From: the human T2T-CHM13v2.0 reference genome, Homo sapiens
Direction: 5' to 3' (one strand)
NCBI RefSeq assembly: GCF_009914755.1
Contig: NC_060939.1
Length of the DNA: 64,000 bases
The notes beneath the pieces were generated by a model. That model was not told where the DNA came from, searched no databases, and saw only the letters and a program-made list of their open reading frames with translations. Position numbers and translations under genes: made by a program. Each line of letters starts with the position of its first letter. The first letter of the stretch is position 1. This document shows positions 1 through 17,589 of this stretch, in pieces.

Positions 1-18
1 TTCCTTCCCTCCCTTACT

Positions 19-190
19 GGCAGGGTCTTCCTCTGTCTCTGCCGCCCAGGATCACCCCAACCTCAACGCTTTGGACCGACCAAACGGTCGTTCTGCCTCT
101 GATCCCTCCCATCCCCATTACCTGAGACTACAGGCGCGCACCACCACACCGGCTGACTTTTATGTTGTTTCTCATGTTTTCCGTAGGTAG

Positions 191-234
<44 letters not shown>

Positions 235-395
235 CTATGTATGTACGTATGTATGTATGTATGTGAGTGAGATGGGTTTCGGGGTTCTATCATGTTGCCC
301 ACGCTGGTCTCGAACTCCTGTCCTCAAGCAATCCGCCTGCCTGCCTCGGCCGCCCACACTGCTGCTATTACAGGCGTGAGACGCTGCGCCTGGCT
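19..395 (-). mobile_element. Old (AluJ-like) Alu whose central linker has expanded into (TG)n/(TATG)n
   Basis: Right arm GAGACTACAGGCGCGCACCACCAC ~125-150; left arm CTGGTCTCGAACTCCTG...ATTACAGGCGTGAG 304-380; TG/TATG microsatellite 194-264 between the arms. Confidence 0.7.
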
Positions 396-406
396 CCTTC
401 TACATT

Positions 407-408
407 TG

Positions 409-459
<51 letters not shown>
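407..459. repeat. (GCCT)n tetranucleotide microsatellite, ~13 units
   Basis: Directly visible tgcctgcctgcc... run. Confidence 0.95.
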
Positions 460-782
460 ATCAATCGTCTTCTTTTTAGTACGGATGTGCTCTCGCTTTA
501 TTGTCCATGCTCTGGGCACACGTGGTCTCTTTTCAAACTTCTATGATTATTATTATTGTAGGCGTCATCTCACGTGTCGAGGTGATCTCGAACTTTTAGG
601 CTCCAGAGATCCTCCCGCATCGGCCTCCCGGAGTGCTGTGATGACACGCGTGGGCACGGTACGCTCTGGTCGTGTTTGTCGTGGGTCGGTTCTTTCCGTT
701 TTTAATACGGGGACTGCGAACGAAGAAAATTTCCAGACGCATCTCACCGATCCGCCTTTTCGTTCTTTCTTTTTATTCTCTT

Positions 783-1000
783 TAGACGGAGTTTCACTCT
801 TGTCGCCCAGGGTGGAGTACGATGGCGGCTCTCGGCTCACCGCACCCTCCGCCTCCCAGGTTCAAGTGATTCTCCTGCCTCAGCCTTCCCGAGTAGCTGG
901 AATGACAGAGATGAGCCATCGTGCCCGGCTAATTTTTCTATTTTTACTACAGATGGGGTTTCTCCATCTTGGTCAGGCTGGTCTTCAACTTCCGACCGTT
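783..1000 (-). mobile_element. Alu element (partial, antisense)
   Basis: AGACGGAGTTTCACTCTTGTCGCCCAGG...TTCAAGTGATTCTCCTGCCTCAGCC...GGTCAGGCTGGTC. Confidence 0.85.
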
Positions 1001-1099
1001 GGAGAATCTTAACTTTCTTGGTGGTGGTTGTTTTCCTTTTTCTTTTTTTTCTTTTCTTTTCTTTCCTTCTCCTCCCCCCCCACCCCCCCTTGTCGTCGT

Positions 1100-1153
1100 C
1101 CTCCTCCTCCTCCTCCTCCTCCTCCTCCTCCTCCTCCTCCTCCTCCTCCTCCT
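1100..1153. repeat. (CCT)n trinucleotide microsatellite
   Basis: About 18 CCT units following (GTC)3. Confidence 0.95.
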
Positions 1154-2100
1154 CTTTCATTTCTTTCAGCTGGGCTCTCCTACGTGTGTTGCTCTGTTGC
1201 TCACGCTGGTCTCAAACTCCTGGCCTTGACGCTTCTCCCGTCACATCCGCCGTCTGGTTGTTGAAATGAGCATCTCTCGTAAAATGGAAAAGATGAAAGA
1301 AATAAACACGAAGACGGAAAGCACGGTGTGAACGTTTCTCTTGCCGTCTCCCGGGGTGTACCTTGGACCCGGAAACACGGAGGGAGCTTGGCTGAGTGGG
1401 TTTTCGGTGCCGAAACCTCCCGAGGGCCTCCTTCCCTCTCCCCCTTGTCCCCGCTTCTCCCCCAGCCGAGGCTCCCACCGCCGCCCTGGCATTTTCCATA
1501 GGAGAGGTATGGGAGAGGACTGACACGCCTTCCAGATCTATATCCTGCCGGACGTCTCTGGCTCGGCGTGCCCCACCGGCTACCTGCCACCTTCCAGGGA
1601 GCTCTGAGGCGGATGCGACCCCCACCCCCCCGTCACGTCCCGCTACCCTCCCCCGGCTGGCCTTTGCCGGGCGACCCCAGGGGAACCGCGTTGATGCTGC
1701 CTTCGGATCCTCCGGCGAAGACTTCCACCGGATGCCCCGGGTGGGCCGGTTGGGATCAGACTGGACCACCCCGGACCGTGCTGTTCTTGGGGGTGGGTTG
1801 ACGTACAGGGTGGACTGGCAGCCCCAGCATTGTAAAGGGTGCGTGGGTATGGAAATGTCACCTAGGATGCCCTCCTTCCCTTCGGTCTGCCTTCAGCTGC
1901 CTCAGGCGTGAAGACAACTTCCCATCGGAACCTCTTCTCTTCCCTTTCTCCAGCACACAGATGAGACGCACGAGAGGGAGAAACAGCTCAATAGATACCG
2001 CTGACCTTCATTTGTGGAATCCTCAGTCATCGACACACAAGACAGGTGACTAGGCAGGGACACAGATCAAACACTATTTCCGGGTCCTCGTGGTGGGATT

Positions 2101-2102
<2 letters not shown>

Positions 2103-2147
<45 letters not shown>

Positions 2148-2172
2148 CGCGCACGCGCGCACACACACACAC
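2103..2172. repeat. Compound microsatellite: (TC)21 then alternating CG/CA
   Basis: (tc)n 2103-2144 followed by gcacgcgcacgcgcgcacacacacacac. Confidence 0.95.
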
Positions 2173-2304
2173 AATTTCCATATCTAGTTCACAGAGCACA
2201 CTCACTTCCCCTTTTCACAGTACGCAGGCTGAGTAAAACCCGCCCCACCCTCCACCCGTTGGCTGACGAAACCCCTTCTCTACAATTTATGAAAAAGATG
2301 ATCT

Positions 2305-2590
2305 GGGCCGGGCACGCTAGCTCACGCCTGTCACTCCGGCACTTTGGGAGGCCGAGGCGGGTGGATCGCTTGGGGCCGGGAGTTCGAGACCAGGCTGGCC
2401 GACGTGGCGAAACCCCGTCTCTCTGAAAAATAGAACGATTAGCCGGGCCTGGTGGCGTGGGCTTGGAATCACGACCGCTCGGGAGACTGGGGCGGGCGAC
2501 TTGTTCCAACCGGGGAGGCCGAGGTTGCGATGAGCTGAGATCGTGCCGTGGCGATGCGGCCTGGATGACGGAGCGAGACCCCGTCTCGAG
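2305..2590 (+). mobile_element. Alu element (sense), strongly GC/CpG-shifted
   Basis: GGCCGGGCACG...GCTCACGCCTGTCACTCCGGCACTTTGGGAGGCCGAGGCGGGTGGATC...GAGCGAGACCCCGTCTC. Confidence 0.88.
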
Positions 2591-2817
2591 AGAATCATGA
2601 TGTTATTATAAGATGAGTTGTGCGCGGTGATGGCCGCCTGTAGTCGCGGCTACTCGGGAGGCTGAGACGAGGAGAAGATCACTTGAGGCCCCACAGGTCG
2701 AGGCTTCGGTCGGCCGTGACCCACTGTATCCTGGGCAGTCACCGGTCAAGGAGATATGCCCCTTCCCCGTTTGCTTTTCTTTTCTTCCCTTCTCTTTTCT
2801 TCTTTTTGCTTCTCTTT

Positions 2818-2849
<32 letters not shown>

Positions 2850-3059
2850 TTTCTTTTTCTCTCTTCCCCTCTTTCTTTCCTGCCTTCCTGCCTTTCTTCT
2901 TTTCTTCTTTCCTCCCTTCCTCCCTTCCTTCTTTCCTCCCGCCTCAGCCTCCCAAAGTGCTGGGATGACTGGCGGGAGGCACCATGCCTGCTTGGCCCAA
3001 AGAGACCCTCTTGGAAAGTGAGACGCAGAGAGCGCCTTCCAGTGATCTCATTGACTGAT

Positions 3060-3627
3060 TTAGAGACGGCATCTCGCTCCGTCACCCCGGCAGTGGTGCC
3101 GTCGTAACTCACTCCCTGCAGCGTGGACGCTCCTGGACTCGAGCGATCCTTCCACCTCAGCCTCCAGAGTACAGAGCCTGGGACCGCGGGCACGCGCCAC
3201 TGTGCCCACACCGTTTTTAATTGTTTTTTTTTCCCCCGAGACAGAGTTTCACTCTCGTGGCCTAGACTGCAGTGCGGTGGCGCGATCTTGGCTCACCGCA
3301 ACCTCTGCCTCCCGGTTTCAAGCGATTCTCCTGCATCGGCCTCCTGAGTAGCCGGGATTGCGGGCATGCGCTGCCACGTCTGGCTGATTTCGTATTTTTA
3401 GTGGAGACGGGGCTTCTCCATGTCGATCGGGCTGGTTTCGAACTCCCGACCTCAGGTGATCCGCCCTCCCCGGCCTCCGGAAGTGCTGGGATGACAGGCG
3501 TGAGCCACCGCGCCCGGCCTTCATTTTTAAATGTTTTCCCACAGACGGGGTCTCATCATTTCTTTGCAACCCTCCTGCCCGGCGTCTCAAAGTGCTGGCG
3601 TGACGGGCGTGAGCCACTGCGCCTGGA
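3060..3627 (-). mobile_element. Nested Alus: AluS-like element (3236-3519) inserted into the linker of an older Alu
   Basis: Older right arm 3060-3212 and left arm 3541-3627 are separated by a complete Alu; near-duplicated TTTTTAA(T/A)TGTTTT at 3214-3227 and 3524-3537. Confidence 0.65.
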
Positions 3628-3667
3628 CTCCGGGGAATGACTCACGACCACCATCGCTCTACTGATC

Positions 3668-3722
<55 letters not shown>

Positions 3723-4269
3723 GATGAATTATCTTATGATTTATTTGTGTACTTATTTTCAGACGGAGTCTCGCTCTGGGCGGGGCGAGGCGAGGCGAGG
3801 CACAGCGCATCGCTTTGGAAGCCGCGGCAACGCCTTTCAAAGCCCCATTCGTATGCACAGAGCCTTATTCCCTTCCTGGAGTTGGAGCTGATGCCTTCCG
3901 TAGCCTTGGGCTTCTCTCCATTCGGAAGCTTTGACAGGCGCAACCCCACCCAGAGGCTGGCTGCGGCTGAGGATTAGGGGGTGTGTTGGGGCTGAAAACT
4001 GGGTCCCCTATTTTTGATACCTCAGCCGACACATCCCCCGACCGCCATCGCTTGCTCGCCCTCTGAGATCCCCCGCCTCCACCGCCTTGCAGGCTCACCT
4101 CTTACTTTCATTTCTTCCTTTCTTGCGTTTGAGGAGGGGGTGCGGGAATGAGGGTGTGTGTGGGGAGGGGGTGCGGGGTGGGGACGGAGGGGAGCGTCCT
4201 AAGGGTCGATTTAGTGTCATGCCTCTTTCACCACCACCACCACCACCGAAGATGACAGCAAGGATCGGC

Positions 4270-4540
4270 TAAATACCGCGTGTTCTCATCTAGAAGTGGG
4301 AACTTACAGATGACAGTTCTTGCATGGGCAGAACGAGGGGGACCGGGGACGCGGAAGTCTGCTTGAGGGAGGAGGGGTGGAAGGAGAGACAGCTTCAGGA
4401 AGAAAACAAAACACGAATACTGTCGGACACAGCACTGACTACCCGGGTGATGAAATCATCTGCACACTGAACACCCCCGTCACAAGTTTACCTATGTCAC
4501 AATCTTGCACATGTATGCTTGAACGACAAATAAAAGTTAG
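4270..4540 (+). mobile_element. Diverged LINE-1 3' UTR fragment (old L1PA-type); tail converted to (GA)n; second copy ~8678-8946
   Basis: AAATACCGCGTGTTCTCA...AAGTGGGA...CCGGGTGATGAAATCATCTGCAC...CACAAGTTTACCTATGT...TGCACATGTA...AAATAAAAGTT resembles the L1PA13-16 3' end as I recall it. Confidence 0.7.
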
Positions 4541-4734
4541 GGGGGAGAAGAGAGGAGAGAGAGAGAGAGAGAGAGACAGAGAGAGACAGAGAGAGAGAGA
4601 GAGGAGGGAGAGAGAAAACGAAACACCACCTCCTTGACCTGAGTCAGGGGGTTTCTGGCCTTTTGGGAGAACGTTCAGCGACAATGCAGTATTTGGGCCC
4701 GTTCTTTTTTTTTCTTCTTCTTTTCTTTCTTTTT

Positions 4735-5005
4735 TTTTGGACTGAGTCTCTCTCGCTCTGTCACCCAGGCTGCGGTGCGGTGGCGCTCTCTCGGCTCACT
4801 GAAACCTCTGCTTCCCGGGTTCCAGTGATTCTTCTTCGGTAGCTGGGATTACAGGCGCACACCATGACGGCCGGCTCATATTCCTATTTTCAGTAGAGAC
4901 GGGGTTTCTCCACGTTGGCCACGCTGGTCTCGAACTCCTGACCTCAAATGATCCGCCTTCCTGGGCCTCCCAAAGTGCTGGAAACGACAGGCCTGAGCCG
5001 CCGGG
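4735..5005 (-). mobile_element. Alu (antisense) in long repeat; copy at ~9180-9453
   Basis: CTCGCTCTGTCACCCAGGCTG...GTAGCTGGGATTACAGG...CTCGAACTCCTGACCTCAAATGATCC. Confidence 0.85.
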
Positions 5006-5294
5006 ATTTCAGCCTTTAAAAGCGCGGGCCCTGCCACCTTTCGCTGTGGCCCTTACGCTCAGAATGACGTGTCCTCTCTGCCGTAGGTTGACTCCTTGAG
5101 TCCCCTAGGCCATTGCACTGTAGCCTGGGCAGCAAGAGCCAAACTCCGTCCCCCCACCTCCCCGCGCACATAATAACTAACTAACAAACTAACTAACTAA
5201 CTAAACTAACTAAATAAATAAAATCTCTACACGTCACCTCTAAGTGTGTGTTCCCGTGAGGAGTGATTTCTAAGAAATGGCACTGTACACTGAA

Positions 5295-5694
<400 letters not shown>

Positions 5695-5700
5695 CTAGGG

Positions 5701-6058
5701 CCTTCTCTCTGTCTGTTTCTCTCTGTTCGTCTCTGTCTTTCTCTCTGTGTCTCTTTCTCTGTCTGTCTGTCTCTTTCTTTCTCTCTGTCTCTGTCTCTGT
5801 CTTTGTCTCTCTCTCTCCCTCTCTGCCTGTCTCACTGTGTCTGTCTTCTGTCTTACTCTCTTTCTCTCCCCGTCTGTCTCTCTCTCTCTCTCTCCCTCCC
5901 TGTCTGTCTCTCTCTCTCCCTCCCTGTCTGTTTCTCTCTCTCTCTTTCTGTCTGTTTCTGTCTCTCTCTGTCTGTCTATGTCTTTCTCTGTCTGTCTCTT
6001 TCTCTGTCTGTCTGCCTCTCTCTTTCTTTTTCTGTGTCTCTCTGTCGGTCTCTCTCTC

Positions 6059-6093
<35 letters not shown>

Positions 6094-6285
6094 GTGCCTA
6101 TCTTCTGTCTTACTCTCTTTCTCTGCCTGTCTGTCTGTCTCTCCCTCCCTTTCTGTTTCTCTCTCTCTCTCTCTCTCTCTCCCCCTCTCCCTGTCTGTTT
6201 CTCTCCGTCTCTCTCTCTTTCTGTCTGTTTCTCACTGTCTCTCTCTGTCCATCTCTCTCTCTCTCTGTCTGTCTCTTTCGTTCTC

Positions 6286-6339
<54 letters not shown>

Positions 6340-6382
6340 ACTCTCTGTGTGTATCTTCTGTCTTACTCTCCTTCTCTGCCTG

Positions 6383-6416
<34 letters not shown>

Positions 6417-6745
6417 CCTTTCTGTCTCTCTCTCTCTCTGTCCCTCTCTCTTTCTGTCTGTTCCTCTCTCTCTCTCTGTCTCTGTCTTTCTCTGTCTGTC
6501 TGCCTCTCTCTTTCTTTCTCTTTCTGTGTCTCTCTGTCTCTCTCTCTGTGCCTATCTTCTGTCTTACTCTCTTTCTCTGCCTGCCTGCCTGTCTGTCTGT
6601 CTGTCTCTCTCTGTCTCTCTCCCTGCCTTTCTGTTTCTCTCTCTCTCCCTCTCTCGCTCTCTCTGTCTTTCTCTCTTTCTCTCTGTTTCTCTGTCTCTCT
6701 CTGTCCGTCTCTGTCTTTTTCTGTCTGTCTCTCTCTTTCTTTCTG

Positions 6746-6778
<33 letters not shown>

Positions 6779-6874
6779 GCTTGTCTCTCTCACTGTGTCT
6801 GTCCTCTGTCTTACTCTCCTTCTCTGCCTGTCCGTCTGTCTGTCTGTCTCTCTCTCTCTCCCTCCCTTTCTGTT

Positions 6875-6919
<45 letters not shown>

Positions 6920-7840
6920 GTTTCTCTTTCTCTCTCTGTCTGTCTCTGTCTTTCTCTGTCTGTCTCTTTCTCTGTCTGTCTGTCTCCTTCTCTCTGTCTC
7001 CGTCTCTGTCTCTCTCTCTCTGTCTCTCTCTCTCTGCCTGTCTCACTGTGTCTGTCTTCTGTCTTATTCTCTTTCTCTGTCTGTCTGTCTCTCTCTCTCC
7101 CTTCCTGTCTCTTTCTCTCTCTCTCTCTCTTTCTGTCTGTTTCTCTCTGCCTGTCTCCGTCTTTCTCTGTCTGCCTCTCTCTTTCTTTTTCTGCGTCTCT
7201 CTGTCTCTCTCTCTCTGTGCCTATCTTCTGTCTTACTCTGTTTCTCTGCCTGCCTGTCTGTCTGTCTGTCTCTCTCTCTCTCTGTCTCTCTCTCTTTCTG
7301 TCTGTTTCTCTCTGTCTCTCTGTCCATCTCTGTCTTTCTCTGTCCGTCTCTCTCTTTCTCCCTGTCTCTGTCTCTGCCTCTGCCTCTCTCTCTCTCTGTC
7401 TCTCTCTTTCTATCTGTTTCTCTCTGTCTCTCTGTCCATCTCTGTCTTTCTCTGTCTGTCTCTCTCTTTCTCCCTGTCTCTGTCTCTGCCTCTCTCTCTC
7501 TCTGTCTGTCTCTCTCACTGTGTGTGTGTCTCTGTCTCTGCCTCTCTCTCTCTCTCTCTCTCTCTCTGTCTGTCTCTCTCACTGTGTGTGTCTGTCTTCT
7601 GTCTTACTCTCCTTCTCTGCCTGTCCGTCTGTCTGTCTGTCTCTCCCTCTCTCTCCCTCCCTTTCTGTTTCTCTCTCTCTCTCTCTCTCTTTCTGTCTGT
7701 TTCTCTCTTTCTCTCTCTGTCTGTCTCTTTCTCTGTCTGTCTGTCTCTCTCTTTCTTTTTCTCTGTCTCTCTGTCTCTCTCTGTGCCTGTCTCTCTGTCT
7801 GTGCCTATCTTCTGTCTTACTCTCTTTCTCTGGCTGACTG

Positions 7841-7879
<39 letters not shown>

Positions 7880-7980
7880 GTCTCCGTCCCTCCCTCCCTG
7901 TCTGTCTGTTTCTCTCTCTGTCCATTTCTGTCTGTCTCTTTCTCTTTCTCTCTCTTTCTTTCTCTCTGTCTCTCTCTGTC

Positions 7981-8029
<49 letters not shown>

Positions 8030-8237
8030 CTCTCTCACTGTGTCGGTCTTCTGTCTTACTCTCTTTCTCTGCCTGCCTCTCTGTCTGTCTGTCTGTCTCT
8101 CTCCCTCCATGTCTCTCTCTCTCTCTCTCTCACTCACTGTCTCTCCGTCTCTCTCTCTTTCTGTCTGTTTCTCTCTGTCTCTGTCTTTCTGTGTGTCTGT
8201 CTGTCTCTCTCTCTATTTGTCTTTCTCCCTCCCTGTC

Positions 8238-8282
<45 letters not shown>

Positions 8283-8345
8283 GTCTGTTTCTCTCTATCT
8301 CTCGCTGTCCATCTCTGTCTTTCTATGTCTGTCTCTTTCTCTGTC
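5701..8345 (+). repeat. Polypyrimidine (CT/CTGT) low-complexity tract 1
   Basis: About 2.6 kb that is almost all C/T with interspersed G; source of the spurious Ser/Leu/Cys ORFs. Confidence 0.97.
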
Positions 8346-8607
8346 AGTCTGTCAGACACCCCCGTGCCGGGTAGGGCCCTGCCCCTTCCACGAAAGTGAG
8401 AAGCGCGTGCTTCGGTGCTTAGAGAGGCCGAGAGGAATCTAGACAGGCGGGCCTTGCTGGGCTTCCCCACTCGGTGTATGATTTCGGGAGGTCGAGGCCG
8501 GGTCCCCGCTTGGATGCGAGGGGCATTTTCAGACTTTTCTCTCGGTCACGTGTGGCGTCCGTACTTCTCCTATTTCCCCGATAAGCTCCTCGACTTCAAC
8601 ATAAACG

Positions 8608-13163
<4,556 letters not shown>

Positions 13164-13167
13164 TGTG

Positions 13168-13380
13168 AAGGCCGGACGCAACACGGCGAAACCCCGTCTC
13201 TACTAAAAATACAAAGCTGAGTCGGGAGCGGTGGGGCAGGCCCCTGTAATGCCAGCTCCTCGGGAGGCTGAGGCGGGAGAATCGCTTGAACCAGGGAAGC
13301 GGAGGCTGCAGGGAGCCGAGATCGCGCCACTGCACTACGGCCCAGGCTGTAGAGTGAGTGAGACTCGGTCTCTAAATAAA
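13168..13380 (+). mobile_element. Alu with internally deleted left arm, at the distal long-repeat junction
   Basis: GGCCGGACG/CAACACGGCGAAACCCCGTCTCTACTAAAAATACAAA...GAGATCGCGCCACTGCACT. Confidence 0.8.
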
Positions 13381-13452
13381 TACGGAAATTAATTAATTCA
13401 TTAATTCTTTTCCCTGCTGACGGACATTTGCAGGCAGGCATCGGTTGTCTTC

Positions 13453-13472
13453 GGGCATCACCTAGCGGCCAC
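13453..13472 (-). promoter_or_regulatory. CTCF-like motif
   Basis: Minus strand GTGGCCGCTAGGTGATGCCC resembles the CTCF core CCACYAGRKGGCRS; conserved in the paralogous copy at 23601-23620. Confidence 0.55.
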
Positions 13473-14566
13473 TGTTATTGAAAGTCGACGTGACACGGAG
13501 GGAGGTCTCGCCGACTTCACCGAGCCTGGGGCAACGGGTTTCTCTCTCTCCCTTCTGGAGGCCCCTCCCTCTCTCCCTCGTTGCCTAGGGAACCTCGCCT
13601 AGGGAACCTCCGCCCTGGCGGGGGCCCTATTGTTCTTTGATCGGCGCTTTACTTTTCTTTGTGTTTTGGCGCCTAGACTCTTCTACTTGGGCTTTGGGAA
13701 GGGTCAGTTTAATTTTCAAGTTGCCCCCCGGCTCCCCCCACTACCCACGTCCCTTCACCTTAATTTAGTGAGTCGGTTAGGTGGGTTTCCCCCAAACCGC
13801 CCCCCCCCCCCCCGCCTCCCAACACCCTGCTTGGAAACCTTCCAGAGCCACCCCGGTGTGCCTCCGTCTTCTCTCCCCTTCCCCCACCCCTTGCCGGCGA
13901 TCTCATTCTTGCCAGGCTGACATTTGCATCGGTGGGCGTCAGGCCTCACTCGGGGGCCACCGTTTTTGAAGATGGGGGCGGCACGGTCCCACTTCCCCGG
14001 AGGCAGCTTGGGCCGATGGCATAGCCCCTTGACCCGCGTGGGCAAGCGGGCGGGTCTGCAGTTGTGAGGCTTTTCCCCCCGCTGCTTCCCGCCTCAGGCC
14101 TCCCTCCCTAGGAAAGCTTCACCCTGGCTGGGTCTCGGTCACCTTTTATCACGATGTTTTAGTTTCTCCGCCCTCCGGCCAGCAGAGTTTCACAATGCGA
14201 AGGGCGCCACGGCTCTAGTCTGGGCCTTCTCAGTACTTGCCCAAAATAGAAACGCTTTCTGAAAACTAATAACTTTGCTCACTTAAGATTTCCAGGGACG
14301 GCGCCTTGGCCCGTGTTTGTTGGCTTGTTTTGTTTCGTTCTGTTTTGTTTTGTTCGTGTTTTTCCTTTCTCGTATGTCTTTCTTTTCAGGTGAAGTAGAA
14401 ATCCCCAGTTTTCAGGAAGACGTCTATTTTCCCCAAGACACGTTAGCTGCCGTTTTTTCCTGTTGTGAACTAGCGCTTTTGTGACTCTCTCAACGTGCAG
14501 TGAGAGCCGGTTGATGTTTACTATCCTTCATCATGACATCTTATTTTCTAGAAATCCGTAGGCGAA

Positions 14567-14653
14567 TGCTGCTGCTGCTCTTGTTGCTGTTGTTGTTGTT
14601 GTTGTTGTCGTCGTTGCTGTTGTCGTTGTCGTTGTTGTTGTCGTTGTCGTTGT
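14567..14653. repeat. Compound (GCT)/(GTT)/(GTC) trinucleotide microsatellite
   Basis: Directly visible. Confidence 0.92.
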
Positions 14654-14735
14654 TTTCAAAGTATACCCCGGCCACCGTTTATGGGATCAAAAGCATTATA
14701 AAATATGTGTGATTATTTCTTGAGCACGCCCTTCC

Positions 14736-15327
14736 TCCCCCTCTCTCTGTCTCTCTGTCTGTCTCTGTCTCTCTCTTTCTCTGTCTGTCTTCTCTCTCTC
14801 TCTCTCTCTGTGTCTCTCTCTCTCTGCCTGTCTGTTTCTCTCTCTCTGCCTCTCTCTCTCTCTCTCTCTCTGCCTGTCTCTCTCACTGTGTCTGTCTTCT
14901 GTCTTACTCCCTTTCTCTGTCTGTCTGTCGGTCTCTCTCTCTCTCTCTCCCTGTCTGTATGTTTCTCTCTGTCTCTGTCTCTCTCTCTCTTTCTGTTTCT
15001 CTCTCTCCGTCTCTGTCTTTCTCTGACTGTCTCTCTCTTTCCTTCTCTCTGTCTCTCTCTGCCTGTCTCTCTCACTCTGTCTTCTGTCTTACTCTCTCTC
15101 TCTGCCTGCCTGTCTCTCTCACTCTCTCTCTCTGTGTGTCTCTCTCTCTCTTTCTGTTTCTCTCTGTCTCTCTGTCCGTCTCTGTCTTTCTCTGTCTGTC
15201 TCTTTGTCTGTCTGTCTTTGTCTTTCCTTCTCTCTGTCTCTGTCTCTCTCACTGTGTCTGTCTTCTGTCTTAGTCTCTCTCTCTCTCTCTCCCTGTCTGT
15301 CTGTCTCTCTCTCTCTCTCCCCCTGTC

Positions 15328-15372
<45 letters not shown>

Positions 15373-15645
15373 TTGTCTTTCTTTCTGTCTCTGTCTCTCT
15401 CTCTCTCTCTGTGTGTCTGTCTTCTGTCTTACTGTCTTTCTCTGCCTGTCTGTCTGTCTGTCTCTCTCTGTCTGTCTCTCTCTCTCTCTCCCCCCTGTCG
15501 GCTGTTTCTCTGTCTCTGTCTGTGTCTCTCTTTCTGTCTGTTTCTCTCTGTCTGTCTTTCTCTCTCTGTCTCTTTCTCTCTGTCTCTCTGTCTGTCTCTG
15601 TCTCTCTCTCTGTCTCTCTCTCTCTGTGGGGGGGTGTGTGTGTGT

Positions 15646-15682
<37 letters not shown>

Positions 15683-15933
15683 TGCCTTCTGTCTTACTCT
15701 CTTTCTCTGCCTGTCTGTCTGCCTGTCTGTTTGTCTCTCTCTCTCTGCCTGTCTCTCTCCCTTCCTGTCTGTTTCTCTCTCTTTCTGTTTCTCTCTGTCT
15801 CTGTCCATCTCTGTCTTTCTCCGTCTGTCTCTTTATCTGTCTCTCTCCGTCTGTCTCTTTATCTGTCTCTCTCTCTCTTTCTGTCTTTCTCTCTCTGTGT
15901 ATCGTTGTCTCTCTCTGTCTGTCTCTGTCTCTG

Positions 15934-15966
<33 letters not shown>

Positions 15967-16023
15967 GTCTGTCTGTCCGTCTGTCTGTCTCGGTCTCTGG
16001 CTCTCGCTATCTCCCGCCCTCTC
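14736..16023 (+). repeat. Polypyrimidine (CT/CTGT) tract 3 with embedded (TG)n at ~15634-15681
   Basis: Carries the same TCTTCTGTCTTA anchor motif as tracts 1 and 2. Confidence 0.95.
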
Positions 16024-17309
16024 TTTTTTTGCAAAAGAAGCTCAAGTACATCTAATCTAATCCCTTACCAAGGCCTGAATTCTTCACTTCTGACATCCCA
16101 GATTTGATCTCCCTACAGAATGCTGTACAGAACTGGCGAGTTGATTTCTGGACTTGGATACCTCATAGAAACTACATATGAATAAAGATCCAATCCTAAA
16201 ATCTGGGGTGGCTTCTCCCTCGACTGTCTCGAAAAATCGTACCTCTGTTCCCCTAGGATGCCGGAAGAGTTTTCTCAATGTGCATCTGCCCGTGTCCTAA
16301 GTGATCTGTGACCGAGCCCTGTCCGTCCTGTCTCAAATATGTACGTGCAAACACTTCTCTCCATTTCCACAACTACCCACGGCCCCTTGTGGAACCACTG
16401 GCTCTTTGAAAAAAATCCCAGAAGTGGTTTTGGCTTTTTGGCTAGGAGGCCTAAGCCTGCTGAGAACTTTCCTGCCCAGGATCCTGTGTGACCAAAAGTG
16501 CCTCTGCTGGGAGCTGGGATCCTCGGGACCATGCTTGCTAGCGCTGGATGAGTCTCTGGAAGGACGCACGGGACTCCGCAAAGCTGACCTGTCCCACCGA
16601 GGTCAAATGGATACCTCTGCATTGGCCCGAGGCCTCCGAAGTACATCACCGTCACCAACCGTCACCGTCAGCATCCTTGTGAGCCTGCCCAAGGCCCCGC
16701 CTCCGGGGAGACTCTTGGGAGCCCGGCCTTCGTCGGCTAAAGTCCAAAGGGATGGTGACTTCCACCCACAAGGTCCCCACTGAACGGCGAAGATGTGGAG
16801 CGTAGGTCAGAGAGGGGACCAGGAGGGGAGACGTCCCGACAGGCGACGAGTTCCCAAGGCTCTGGCCACCCCACCCACGCCCCACGCCCCACGTCCCGGG
16901 CACCCGCGGGACACCGCCGCTTTATCCCCTCCTCTGTCCACAGCCGGCCCCACCCCACCACGCAACCCACGCACACACGCTGGAGGTTCCAAAACCACAC
17001 GGTGTGACTAGAGCCTGACGGAGCGAGAGCCCATTTCACGAGGTGGGAGGGGTGGGGGTGGGGTGGGTTGGGGGTTGTGGGGTCTGTGGCGAGCCCGATT
17101 CTCCCTCTTGGGTGGCTACAGGCTAGAAATGAATATCGCTTCTTGGGCGGAGGGGCTTCCTTAGGCCATCACCGCTTGCGGGACTACCTCTCAAACCCTC
17201 CCTTGAGGCCACAAAATAGATTCCACCCCACCCATCGACGTTTCCCCCGGGTGCTGGATGTATCCTGTCAAGAGACCTGAGCCTGACACCGTCGAATTAA
17301 ACACCTTGA

Positions 17310-17517
<208 letters not shown>

Positions 17518-17589
17518 TCTTTCATTGGTTTTCACTGGAGATTCTAGATTCGAGCCACACCTCATTCCGTGCCACAGAGAGACTTCTTT

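Noticed and set aside
1590-1870. Possible weak similarity of 1590-1870 to 16250-17270 (CCTAGGATGCC, CACGTCCCG, GACTTCCACC)
   Set aside because: Matches are short and not colinear by eye; would need a significant local alignment.
4203-4280. GGGTCGATTTAG (Sal-like) and GGCTAAATACCG (12-mer shared with 28S ~36790) at the long-repeat start
   Set aside because: Short matches expected by chance; the second is better explained as the start of the L1 fragment.
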